Of a stretch of DNA of 64,000 bases, positions 49,207-58,190 are shown in pieces; within the stretch, counting starts at the first letter, position 1; each line of letters opens with the position of its first letter. Made by a program: the position numbers and the translations under genes. Source of the stretch: Eubacteriales bacterium (GTDB lineage Bacteria > Bacillota > Clostridia > Oscillospirales > CAG-272). The stretch covers positions 4,430-68,429 of the forward strand of contig JAZURO010000032.1 in the NCBI GenBank assembly GCA_045606265.1, written 5' to 3'. Under the pieces are notes generated by a model. It worked only from the letters and a program-made list of their open reading frames with translations. It searched no databases and was not told the DNA's origin.

Positions 49207-50031
49207 TTAAACTCCTGAATAAGCTGAAAAGCCACCGTCAACAGGAATAATTATGCCGGTTACAAAGCCGGATTCAGCAGGATTTGTAAGGAAACGAAGT
49301 GTTCCAAGAAGTTCTTCGGATTCGCCAAAACGCTTCATAGGTGTTGCATTAAGAATCTTATTTGTTCTTGGTGTAGGAGTACCGTCTTCATTAAACAAAA
49401 GCGCTCTATTTTGATTTGTAACAAAGAATCCGGGGGCAATTGCGTTAACTCTTATTCCGGCACCTGCAAAATGAACTGCTAACCACTGCGTGAAATTAGA
49501 AATTCCGGATTTTGCTGCACTGTATGCGGGGATTTTTGTAAGAGGACGATATGCATTCATAGAGGATACGTTAAGAATAGAGCATCCTTCCTGTCCAATC
49601 ATATCCTTTGCAAAAACCTGTGTGGGCAAAAGTGTTCCCATAATGTTAAGATTGAATACAAAATCAAAACCTGATTTATCAAGATTGAAGAACGTTTTTA
49701 TATCTTCTCTATCTTCATCACCAAGCTCATAATATTCCTTGTCTGTTGTAGCTCTTGGACTATTTCCGCCTGCACCGTTGATAAGAATGGTACATTTACC
49801 AAGGTCTGCAAGAATAGCTTCGTGAGCAGCTTCTATGCTTTCTTTTTCAAGGCAGTTTACCTTATATGCTTTTGCTACACCGCCTGCAACATTAATTCTG
49901 TCTGCAACAGCTGCCGCTGCAACATCATTAAGGTCAAGAAGAGCCACCTTGTAGCCCTGCTTAGCCATTTCTTCGGCAAAGGATGAGCAAAGAACGCCAC
50001 CTGCACCTGTAATAACACAAACTTTATTCAT
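49207..50031 (-). CDS. SDR-family oxidoreductase (short-chain D-mannonate oxidoreductase type)
   Basis: TGAGGVLC Rossmann motif, NGAGG, S...YSAAK catalytic triad; immediately downstream of uxuA. Confidence 0.75.
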   Translation of the reverse strand: MNKVCVITGAGGVLCSSFAEEMAKQGYKVALLDLNDVAAAAVADRINVAGGVAKAYKVNCLEKESIEAAHEAILADLGKCTILINGAGGNSPRATTDKEYYELGDEDREDIKTFFNLDKSGFDFVFNLNIMGTLLPTQVFAKDMIGQEGCSILNVSSMNAYRPLTKIPAYSAAKSGISNFTQWLAVHFAGAGIRVNAIAPGFFVTNQNRALLFNEDGTPTPRTNKILNATPMKRFGESEELLGTLRFLTNPAESGFVTGIIIPVDGGFSAYSGV

Positions 50032-50046
50032 ATTATTCTCCTAAAC

Positions 50047-51090
50047 TTAGTTTTTTGCATCCTTTTCAATTGCTTCCCAAAGGCCAAGAAGATAAGTTGC
50101 GCCAAGCGCACGGTCATACAAACCGTAACCGTATCTACCCTTTTCACCCCAAATCATTCTGCCGTGGTCAGGACGCATATATCCGTCAAATCCGTTATCG
50201 TGAAGTGCTTTCATTATTGCATAAATATCAAGCGATCCACAGTCAGTTGGATGTGCAACCTCGTGGAATTGACGAGGACCTGTATGCTTAACATTACGGA
50301 TGTGTGCAAAATGAATTCTCTTTGCAAATTTAGCACTCATTCTCACAAGGTCGTTTTCGGTTGATGCACCGAGAGAACCTGTACAGAAAGTTAATCCATT
50401 TTCGGGAAGATCAACAATTTTCAAAAATCTTTCAAGGTTTTCTTCACAAGTAATAATTCTTGGAAGTCCAAAAATACCCCACGGCGGGTCATCCGGATGG
50501 ATAGCCATATTGATTCCCACCTCATGAGCAACCGGAATAACCTTTGTCAAAAATGCTTCAAGATTTTTCCAAAGCTGTTCTTCATCAATTGCTTCATACT
50601 GTTTAAGCAAGTCACGAAGGCCGTCAAGAGTGTAGCTCTCATCCCAACCGGGCAAAGAAAGTCCACCGTCAAGAGGATTCATAGAAAGCACGGTTTGCTC
50701 GTCATATGCCAAGCTATTGGAACCGTCGGGAGCCTGATGCTCAAGCTCACTTCTAAGCCAGTCAAAAACGGGCATAAAGTTATAGCAAACACACTTAACA
50801 CCTGCTTTTGCAAGTCTTCTGAGATTTTCACAATAATTTTCAATGAGTTGCGGTGCCTTTTCGTTACCGAGCTTAATATCCTCAGGAACGGGTACACTTT
50901 CAACAACCTCGAATTTAAGTCCGTGAGCTTCTGCACTTGCCTTTATTGCATTAATGCTTTCTTCACTCCAAACTCCTCCTGCAGGCACGTCATATACCGC
51001 AGAAACAATCGAGTACATACCCGGAATCTGAGAAATTTGTTCAAGAGTTACGGGATCACTTGGACCGTAATGCCTGAAAGTCATTTTCAT
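50047..51090 (-). CDS. uxuA: mannonate dehydratase
   Basis: MKMTFRHYGPSDPVTLEQISQIPG..., ...HPDDPPW..., ...FAHIRNV... match UxuA. Confidence 0.9.
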   Translation of the reverse strand: MKMTFRHYGPSDPVTLEQISQIPGMYSIVSAVYDVPAGGVWSEESINAIKASAEAHGLKFEVVESVPVPEDIKLGNEKAPQLIENYCENLRRLAKAGVKCVCYNFMPVFDWLRSELEHQAPDGSNSLAYDEQTVLSMNPLDGGLSLPGWDESYTLDGLRDLLKQYEAIDEEQLWKNLEAFLTKVIPVAHEVGINMAIHPDDPPWGIFGLPRIITCEENLERFLKIVDLPENGLTFCTGSLGASTENDLVRMSAKFAKRIHFAHIRNVKHTGPRQFHEVAHPTDCGSLDIYAIMKALHDNGFDGYMRPDHGRMIWGEKGRYGYGLYDRALGATYLLGLWEAIEKDAKN

Positions 51091-51142
51091 AGTTTGATTC
51101 CTCCAATATTTTAGTAGAAGTATTCGATAAACTTACGCATTT

Positions 51143-51171
51143 AGTATATCACATAACAAGCATTTTTGCAA
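51143..51171 (-). promoter_or_regulatory. sigma-A type promoter with extended -10 (TTGCAA-17-TGaTATACT) for uxuA
   Basis: Minus strand: ttgcaa 51171-51166, 17-nt spacer ending in TGa, tatact 51148-51143. Confidence 0.5.
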
Positions 51172-51284
51172 TAATAGTTTGATAATTTTCTTACAAAAAA
51201 ATCAATTTGCACATACTTTTTCAAAAAAATTTTCATTTTTCGCAATTTTTGTGCAATATTTTTCAAAAAAATGTGATTATACTA

Positions 51285-51313
51285 TTGAAAAATTCCAAAA
51301 AATAATATATAAT
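51285..51313 (+). promoter_or_regulatory. sigma-A type promoter (TTGAAA-17-TATAAT) for ireB
   Basis: ttgaaa 51285-51290, 17-nt spacer, tataat 51308-51313. Confidence 0.55.
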
Positions 51314-51348
51314 ATTTTTACATAAGTTTTTATTAAAGGAGTTCAAAA

Positions 51349-51603
51349 ATGGCAAGAAGAGATTGTGAAACTCAAATGTTCCGTGTTCCCAGCGAACGCG
51401 AGGATGAAACAAAAAGAATTCTTCAAGAAATCTATGACGCATTAAGCGAAAGAGGCTATAATCCTATCAACCAGATAGTCGGATATATTATTTCCGAGGA
51501 CCCCACCTATATTACTAACCATAACAATGCTCGCGCACTTATCAGAAAACTAGATAGAGATGAATTACTCGCTACGTTGTTAAAGAACTATCTTGATATA
51601 TAA
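51349..51603 (+). CDS. ireB: IreB family regulatory phosphoprotein (UPF0297/YrzL)
   Basis: 84 aa; ETQMF..., [20 protein letters not shown] and RDELL match the family. Confidence 0.9.
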   Translation: MARRDCETQMFRVPSEREDETKRILQEIYDALSERGYNPINQIVGYIISEDPTYITNHNNARALIRKLDRDELLATLLKNYLDI

Positions 51604-51604
51604 A

Positions 51605-52546
51605 ATGAGATTTATTAACCTGAGAACTATGACAGAGGTATCATCTATTTCCAATTCTTCGGTCCTCTGTTTAGGCAATTTTGACGGTGTTCATTTGGGA
51701 CACCGTCAACTTGTTGATGCCGTGTTATTCAAACAGAATACTCTGAAAAAAACGTATCCGAATCTTGTAAGCGGAGCTTGGTTTTTTGATTCTAACTTTT
51801 ATAAAAATACTGACGAAATATACTCATTGGGTGAAAAGTTGGAGGTCTTCGCATCACTTGGTCTTGAATATGCAATTATTGCTGATTTCAATGAAATGAA
51901 ATCACTTTCACCAGAAGATTTTGTAAATGAGGTTTTACAAAATCAGTGCAAGTGCATTCACGCTGTATGTGGAGATAATTTTCGATTTGGTGCAAAAGCT
52001 GCCGGAAGCAGTCAATCACTCTTAGATCTCATGTCAGGAAAAGCTACTGTTGTTCCGCTGATGGCCGTTTCTGACGACGTTTCATCAAATGAAAAAACGA
52101 TTATTTCATCTACCTATATAAGAACACTTCTTATGCACGGTGATATATCAAAAGCTAATTCCCTGTTAGGAAAAAATTATTCCATTTGCGAAACTGTTGT
52201 TCACGGAAAGGCTCTTGGAAGAAAGTTAGGAATACCGACAATAAATCAGAACGTTCAAGAAAAACGTTTGATTTTGAAAAACGGTATATATGCAACGCTT
52301 TGCACGATTGATGGAAAGCTGTATCAAGGAGTGACTAACGTTGGCATTCGCCCTACGGTGGATAATAACGGCATTCAAAATATAGAAACTCATATCATCG
52401 ACTTTGACGGTGATTGTTATGAAAAAAAAGTTAAAATCGAGTTTCTCGCACGCATTCGTGATGAAATGAAATTCGATTCAGTTGATGCTCTTAAAGATCA
52501 AATTCAAAAAGACATCCGTGAAACAATACATTATTTTAACAAATAA
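51605..52546 (+). CDS. ribF: bifunctional riboflavin kinase / FMN adenylyltransferase
   Basis: LGNFDGVHLGH, SSTYIR and kinase part GRKLGIPTIN...TNVGIRPT...ETHIIDF. The start is uncertain: ATG 51605, ATG 51629 and TTG 51593 all lack a strong SD. Confidence 0.85.
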   Translation: MRFINLRTMTEVSSISNSSVLCLGNFDGVHLGHRQLVDAVLFKQNTLKKTYPNLVSGAWFFDSNFYKNTDEIYSLGEKLEVFASLGLEYAIIADFNEMKSLSPEDFVNEVLQNQCKCIHAVCGDNFRFGAKAAGSSQSLLDLMSGKATVVPLMAVSDDVSSNEKTIISSTYIRTLLMHGDISKANSLLGKNYSICETVVHGKALGRKLGIPTINQNVQEKRLILKNGIYATLCTIDGKLYQGVTNVGIRPTVDNNGIQNIETHIIDFDGDCYEKKVKIEFLARIRDEMKFDSVDALKDQIQKDIRETIHYFNK

Positions 52547-52563
52547 AAAAAGAGGTGAGAACA

Positions 52564-53859
52564 ATGCTCAAAAAAGTATTTATATTTACTGTTTTGACTG
52601 CACTTTTCTTCTCCTCTTTTTGTTTTTTTACATATGCTTTTGCGCCTGAAAAATCGGATGGAAACGTAGAAAGCTACTACTTGTACGATCTTAGTCACAA
52701 GACTATGATCGCGCATAAAAACACGGATAGCTTGATTTCTCCCTCTTCAACAACAAAAATAATGACGGCATGTGTCATATTTGAATCCGGAATTGACTTA
52801 AACAAGGAAATAACAGTTACCCGAAATATGCTTAATGATGTTGAGGGCAGAAATATGTTGCTTAAAGAAAACGACGTATTGACCGTTGAGGACCTGTTGT
52901 ATGCTATGATTTGCGGTGGATATAACGACGCAACTCACGTATTGGCACTTTCGGTATCTTCATCAATTAATGAATTTGTAGTGCAAATGAATCAAAAAGC
53001 CCAAGAGCTTAATATGAATCATACCAACTATACCAATCCTTCCGGACTCGCTGACAATAATATGCGTACAACTGTAAGTGATATGGTGAAGTTAGTTAAA
53101 CATATGATACAAAATGAAAGATTTATAAAGATATGCTCAACAAAGCTGTACAAGCTTTCAGACAAAGCAAGTTGTGATTTTAGTACTATAAAAAATCGCT
53201 CCTCTATGCTAACTCAATACAAAGGACTTGCCAGTATGAATGTTGGTTCAAATGATGATGGTGACTGCGCTGTATTATTTTATAAAACTGATGAGCTTTC
53301 TCTGATTTCAATTGTAATGAATGCTAAGCATCCTGAATCAAACAACAATGATAACGTTGCTGAAAGCTTTTCAAAGCTTCTCATTTCGCACGCACTTAAC
53401 GATTATTCGTACAAGCTTATAAAATCCAAAACTGATATTATCACTTCTCTTCCCATAAAGTACTCTGTATCCTCCAAAAAGATAGATGTGTATCTGCAAG
53501 ATGATTTGAATATATACCTAAATAAAAACATAAGCGAATCTGAGTTGGATTATGCCATCAGTATTCACAATGATGAGTTAATTGCACCAATAAAAGCAGG
53601 AGATACAGTTGGAACACTAACAGTATTTTATGAAGGCGTTCTTTTAGTCAATGTCCCTCTGATCGTAAAAGAAAACATTGAAAAAAATATTTTTCTCTAT
53701 TCAATGGATATGATTAAGGAATTTGTTCTCAGCAAGGCATTTTTGATTGGTATTATGATATTTATCGTATTATTGATCCTATATTTCCGTTCACGCAAAA
53801 GAACATTCAAACGCAAACAAAAAAGAAAAAAGCATAAAATAAGAAAAAAGCCAACCTGA
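52564..53859 (+). CDS. D-alanyl-D-alanine carboxypeptidase (S11) with C-terminal membrane anchor
   Basis: Signal peptide, SSTTKIMT (SxxK), GYNDAT (SxN-like); C-terminal TM plus basic tail. The ATG at 52564 follows GAGGTGA. Confidence 0.8.
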   Translation: MLKKVFIFTVLTALFFSSFCFFTYAFAPEKSDGNVESYYLYDLSHKTMIAHKNTDSLISPSSTTKIMTACVIFESGIDLNKEITVTRNMLNDVEGRNMLLKENDVLTVEDLLYAMICGGYNDATHVLALSVSSSINEFVVQMNQKAQELNMNHTNYTNPSGLADNNMRTTVSDMVKLVKHMIQNERFIKICSTKLYKLSDKASCDFSTIKNRSSMLTQYKGLASMNVGSNDDGDCAVLFYKTDELSLISIVMNAKHPESNNNDNVAESFSKLLISHALNDYSYKLIKSKTDIITSLPIKYSVSSKKIDVYLQDDLNIYLNKNISESELDYAISIHNDELIAPIKAGDTVGTLTVFYEGVLLVNVPLIVKENIEKNIFLYSMDMIKEFVLSKAFLIGIMIFIVLLILYFRSRKRTFKRKQKRKKHKIRKKPT

Positions 53860-53871
53860 GTTGGCTTTTTT
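53844..53871. terminator. bidirectional intrinsic terminator overlapping the dac stop codon
   Basis: aaaaaagccaac-ctga-gttggctttttt between convergent genes. Confidence 0.7.
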
Positions 53872-53873
53872 GT

Positions 53874-55790
53874 TTAATCTAATTCTTTTTTGCCGGTATA
53901 TAACTCGTAATACCTTCCTTCCATTTCAAGAAGCTCTTCATGAGTTCCCCTCTCTACTATTTCACCGTGTTCAAGCACCATAATGGCATTTGAATTTCTA
54001 ACTGTTGAAAGTCTATGAGCGATGACAAAGGTTGTTCTGTCTTTCATCAACCTATCCATACCGTGTTCAATATGGCGCTCGGTTCTTGTGTCAACTGAAC
54101 TTGTCGCCTCATCGAGAACAAGTATAGGGGCCTTGGAAAGCGCAGCTCTTGCGATATTGAGAAGCTGTCTTTGACCCTGTGAAAGATTAGCTCCGTCACC
54201 TTCAATTACCGTATTATATCCATCTGCAAGTCGCATAATAAAGCTATGTGCGCTTGCAGTTTTTGCAGCTTGAATAACCTCATCATCAGTTGCATCCAAT
54301 CTGCCGTACCTAATATTCTCCATAATAGTACCTGTAAACAAGTGGGTATCCTGCAAAACCATAGCTATATTCCTTCTCAAATCTGAAAGATTATATTCTT
54401 TGATATCCACACCGTCAATAGTTATTTTACCTGATTCAATGTCGTAAAAACGGTTAAGAAGATTTGTAACGGTTGTTTTTCCTGCACCGGTAGAACCTAC
54501 AAATGCTATCTTCTGTCCGGGATGAGCATAAAGTGAGATGTTTTTAAGAACTGTCTTATCCGGATTATATCCAAACGTAACGTTTTCAAGCACCACATCA
54601 CCTCTGATATTATTGGCAGAATGAACTTCTCCAATAGTTTCAACCTCAGGTTCTCTATCCATTAATCCAAAAACTCTTTCGGCGCCTGCAAGTGCAGAAA
54701 ATATAGTACTCATCTGTTGAGATATTTGGTTAATAGGCATTGAAAATTGACGTGAGTACTGCACAAATACGACAAGACTGCCTATACTAAGCAAATTCAT
54801 ACAGCATAGAACACCGCCGATTCCTGCCGTTAACGCAAAGCTTATCTGACTCATATTACCAAGAACGGGGCCCATTATTCCGCCAAAAAATTGCGCCTTG
54901 AACTGCTTATCTCTCATATCATTGTTAAGAGTATCGAATTCTTCTTCACATATTTTTTCGTGATTAAATACTTTAATTACCTTTTGACCCGAAACAGATT
55001 CTTCTATATATCCGTTGATTGCGCCCAAAGCTGCCTGCTGACCAACATAATACTTTGATGAACGCTTTGCAATTTGTCCCGCAAGGAACCCGAAAATAGG
55101 AATAAACACGATAGTAATAAGCGTAAGCCATATATTAGTGGCTATCATAATAGATAGCGTACCGATAATAGTTATGGCACCCGAAATAAGATTAACAACC
55201 GTGTTGTGTAACATCATATCGATATTATCAATATCATTTGTAAAGCTACTCATTATTGTACCGTTACTGTCGCTGTCGAATGCCCGGACGGGTAGCTTTT
55301 GTACCTTTTTGAACAAATCGTTTCTAAGATTCTCGATAGCATTCATTGAAACGGTAAGCATAATTCTTGCTTGAAGATAACTTGCCGCTATGCCGCACAG
55401 ATATATTCCCGCAACCACTGTAAGCACTAATGCCAAGTATTCAAGCGGTTGATTGAACACTATACCAAAAAAGATAAATTGGCTCTCACCGGTCGTAAGT
55501 GATTTTTCCAATGCATCAATGACAAGCTTGAGAATATATGAACCCACTAATGAGGCAACAGTATGCATCAGCATACATACCAATACCAAAACCAAACGGA
55601 ATTTGTATTTTGATATATATGCAAGCAATCTTTTAACAGTTAATTTTGCATTCTTGGGTTTTCCCTTGGCTCTCACTCCCGGTCCACCGCCACGGCGGGG
55701 TCCGTGTCCTGAAGGCATTTTTCCCTTTTTGGGATCGAAGGATTTGCCGCCGTACTGCTTTTGAAGCTCTTCTAATTTTCTTGCAGCCAT
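53874..55790 (-). CDS. ABC exporter, fused permease/ATP-binding half-transporter (subunit 2)
   Basis: Six-TM ABC_membrane domain plus NBD (GSTGAGKTT, LSQGQRQL, LVLDEATSSVD). Unusual Gly/Pro/Lys-rich N-terminal extension of about 50 aa. Confidence 0.9.
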   Translation of the reverse strand: MAARKLEELQKQYGGKSFDPKKGKMPSGHGPRRGGGPGVRAKGKPKNAKLTVKRLLAYISKYKFRLVLVLVCMLMHTVASLVGSYILKLVIDALEKSLTTGESQFIFFGIVFNQPLEYLALVLTVVAGIYLCGIAASYLQARIMLTVSMNAIENLRNDLFKKVQKLPVRAFDSDSNGTIMSSFTNDIDNIDMMLHNTVVNLISGAITIIGTLSIMIATNIWLTLITIVFIPIFGFLAGQIAKRSSKYYVGQQAALGAINGYIEESVSGQKVIKVFNHEKICEEEFDTLNNDMRDKQFKAQFFGGIMGPVLGNMSQISFALTAGIGGVLCCMNLLSIGSLVVFVQYSRQFSMPINQISQQMSTIFSALAGAERVFGLMDREPEVETIGEVHSANNIRGDVVLENVTFGYNPDKTVLKNISLYAHPGQKIAFVGSTGAGKTTVTNLLNRFYDIESGKITIDGVDIKEYNLSDLRRNIAMVLQDTHLFTGTIMENIRYGRLDATDDEVIQAAKTASAHSFIMRLADGYNTVIEGDGANLSQGQRQLLNIARAALSKAPILVLDEATSSVDTRTERHIEHGMDRLMKDRTTFVIAHRLSTVRNSNAIMVLEHGEIVERGTHEELLEMEGRYYELYTGKKELD

Positions 55791-57589
55791 TATCTTTTAT
55801 CCTCCTTCTTATCCATTTGCGAGTAATAAATCTCTTGATAAGTGAGATTATTTTCAAGTAAATAATCGTGAGTTCCGACACCGGTTATTCTGCCCTCGTC
55901 GAGAACTATTATTTCATCTGCATCTTTAACCGAATTTATTCTTTGAGCAATGATTATTTTTGTTGAGTCATTAAGACTATTCTTAAATGCCTCTCTGATT
56001 TTTGCTTCAGTTGCCATATCAACGGCACTTGTTGAGTCGTCAAGTATAAGAATTTTTGGCTTTTTCAGCAAGGCTCTGGCTATGCAAAGTCTTTGCTTCT
56101 GACCACCCGAAACGTTGGTACCGCCTTGACCAAGATCCATATTATATCCCTCGGTAAAGCTCGTGATAAATCCGTCCGCCTGTGCATAATCAGCTGCTTC
56201 CCTGATTTCTTCCATAGTGGCATCGCTGTCTCCCCAGCGAAGGTTATCAATAATGCTGCCCGAGAACAAAACATTCTTTTGAAGTACCATACCTACACCT
56301 TCACGAAGATTGTATAAGGAGTAATCTTTGACGTTGATGCCGTCAACAAGAACCTCTCCTTCGTCAACATCGTAAAGACGGGCAATCAATGAAACGAGCG
56401 TTGTTTTACCGCATCCCGTAGATCCGATAATTCCAACGGTGTCACCCGCGTTTATTTTGATATTAATATTGTCAAGAACCTTTTCTGCACTATCCTTATA
56501 GTAGCTGAACGAAACGTTCTTGAACTCAATACTACCGTTAGTTACAATATGGTCTGCTCCTTCAGCCGCATCTACTATATCGATTTCCTCATTCATAACT
56601 TCAGAAATTCTTTTTGCAGATGCCATCGATCTTGAAAACATCATAAAGAGGAAAGTCACCATCATAAGAGACGATAAAATTTGAGTGATGTAAGTTACAA
56701 ATGAAGCAAAATCACCCGTACTCATCTGCATATCCAATACCTGTTGGCTTCCAAACCAATAAACCGCAATTGACGTTGCATTCATAATAAACGTCATAAC
56801 AGGAGACATAAGAATCATATTCTTCATTGCTATACCCGCTGTGTTTTTAAGATCGGCATTGGCATTGTAGAATTTCTTTTCTTCAAAATCTTCTCTTACA
56901 AAGGATTTTACCACTCTGACATTTGTAAGGTTTTCCTGAACCGTGGAATTAAGTTTATCAATCTTAGTCTGCATTTTTTCAAACAACGGAAAACCGCGAA
57001 CAATTATGCAAGCGATAGCGATAAGCAATATCGGTACTGAAACAGCAAGAATGACAGACAATGAAGGATTGAGATTAATTGCCATAATCAAAGCACCAAT
57101 TAACATACCGGGTGAACGGAAAAACATTCTAAGCATCATATTAACAAAATTCTGTAACTGCGTTACATCATTTGTAAGTCGGGTAACAAGTGATGCAGAG
57201 CTGAATTTATCAATATTTGAAAACGAAAAGCTTTGAATCTTTTTGTAAATATCAGCTCTGAGATCGGTAGCAAAATTAACAGACGCCTTTGCGCCAAAAT
57301 ATGCTCCGCCAATACCGCCTATCATCATAAGCAAGGCAGTCATGATCATTCCAATTGCTATTGCAATAATAAAGAAGGCGTTATCGCCTATTTTATCGTA
57401 GAGCCAAATAACAATTTTCGGCATTTTTTCAATATCACCCTTGACACCGAGGTCTATTATATACGCCAACAATCTCGGCATAAGAATTTCACCAACAACC
57501 TCAATTATCATACAAAGAGGCCCTAAAATAAAGTATGGAAAATAGGGCTTTATATATTTCCACCAATTAATTGTTTTACTCTTTTTCAT
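55790..57589 (-). CDS. ABC exporter, fused permease/ATP-binding half-transporter (subunit 1)
   Basis: Six-TM domain plus NBD (GSTGCGKTT, VSGGQKQR, LILDDSTSAVD); 1-nt overlap with the partner gene. Confidence 0.9.
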   Translation of the reverse strand: MKKSKTINWWKYIKPYFPYFILGPLCMIIEVVGEILMPRLLAYIIDLGVKGDIEKMPKIVIWLYDKIGDNAFFIIAIAIGMIMTALLMMIGGIGGAYFGAKASVNFATDLRADIYKKIQSFSFSNIDKFSSASLVTRLTNDVTQLQNFVNMMLRMFFRSPGMLIGALIMAINLNPSLSVILAVSVPILLIAIACIIVRGFPLFEKMQTKIDKLNSTVQENLTNVRVVKSFVREDFEEKKFYNANADLKNTAGIAMKNMILMSPVMTFIMNATSIAVYWFGSQQVLDMQMSTGDFASFVTYITQILSSLMMVTFLFMMFSRSMASAKRISEVMNEEIDIVDAAEGADHIVTNGSIEFKNVSFSYYKDSAEKVLDNINIKINAGDTVGIIGSTGCGKTTLVSLIARLYDVDEGEVLVDGINVKDYSLYNLREGVGMVLQKNVLFSGSIIDNLRWGDSDATMEEIREAADYAQADGFITSFTEGYNMDLGQGGTNVSGGQKQRLCIARALLKKPKILILDDSTSAVDMATEAKIREAFKNSLNDSTKIIIAQRINSVKDADEIIVLDEGRITGVGTHDYLLENNLTYQEIYYSQMDKKEDKR

Positions 57590-58061
57590 CTGATCTCCTC
57601 ACACAACAGCATTCACCGCATTTTTCAAGCAGTTTCGACTGTATTCTCTCCAAATATTCGTTAAATTTTACAACATCTTCATCACTGAAATCTTCGAATA
57701 TGCTTTCATCTGTTTCTTTGAACATAATATGCGATTTGTTCACGATTTCTTTCCCTTTTTCGGTAATTGAAATCTTGTTAAATCGATTGTCACCCACAGT
57801 ACTTGTTCTTTCAATAAATCCTTCTGCTTCGAGTGTTTTTAACGACCTTGCAACAGCTGCAGGACTTATACCGAACTTATCAGCAATTTCCTTTTGAGAT
57901 TTTACCTCTTCAACGTGTGCAATATACATCAAAAGATGATGCTGGCTGTGATGAATACCCATTTTTGAGATATTTCTCTCAAAAACTGTCCTATGCAGTC
58001 TCCCGATGCGCATCATTTTTCTCATTGTGGACTTATAAACTTCAAATTTATCATTATCCAT
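57576..58061 (-). CDS. MarR family transcriptional regulator with Cys-rich C-terminal tail
   Basis: Winged-HTH region (SQKEIADKFGISPAAVARSLKTLEAEGFIER), tail ...LLEKCGECCCVRRSDEKE; 14-nt overlap with the ABC gene. Confidence 0.85.
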   Translation of the reverse strand: MDNDKFEVYKSTMRKMMRIGRLHRTVFERNISKMGIHHSQHHLLMYIAHVEEVKSQKEIADKFGISPAAVARSLKTLEAEGFIERTSTVGDNRFNKISITEKGKEIVNKSHIMFKETDESIFEDFSDEDVVKFNEYLERIQSKLLEKCGECCCVRRSDEKE

Positions 58062-58082
58062 TTCACGCTTCTCCTTAAATAA

Positions 58083-58094
58083 TTAACATGTTAA
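58083..58094. promoter_or_regulatory. 12-bp perfect palindrome at the predicted marR transcription start (candidate operator)
   Basis: ttaacatgttaa between the -10 hexamer and the Shine-Dalgarno of marR. Confidence 0.5.
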
Positions 58095-58096
58095 CT

Positions 58097-58124
58097 ATTA
58101 TAGCACAAACTCAGGTTTTGTCAA
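58097..58124 (-). promoter_or_regulatory. sigma-A type promoter (TTGACA-16-TATAAT) for the marR-ABC operon
   Basis: Minus strand: ttgaca 58124-58119, 16-nt spacer, tataat 58102-58097. Confidence 0.6.
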
Positions 58125-58157
58125 TAGTTTTTCAACTTTTTATAAGCAAAAAAATTT

Positions 58158-58183
58158 CAGGCACTTGCGATCGCAAGTGCCTG
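58158..58183 (-). terminator. intrinsic terminator after asnA
   Basis: 26-nt perfect palindrome caggcacttgcgatcgcaagtgcctg, followed on the minus strand by AAAUUUUUUU. Confidence 0.75.
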
Positions 58184-58190
58184 TGTAAAA

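Noticed and set aside
50497-51114. 205-aa ORF antisense to uxuA
   Set aside because: Same reasoning: it lies fully within a well-supported gene, has no RBS, and its sequence is junk-like.
58158-58183. 26-nt perfect palindrome containing CGATCG, possibly a repeat element or restriction-related site
   Set aside because: It lies 8 nt after the asnA stop and is followed by a U-run on the coding strand, so an ordinary intrinsic terminator explains it.
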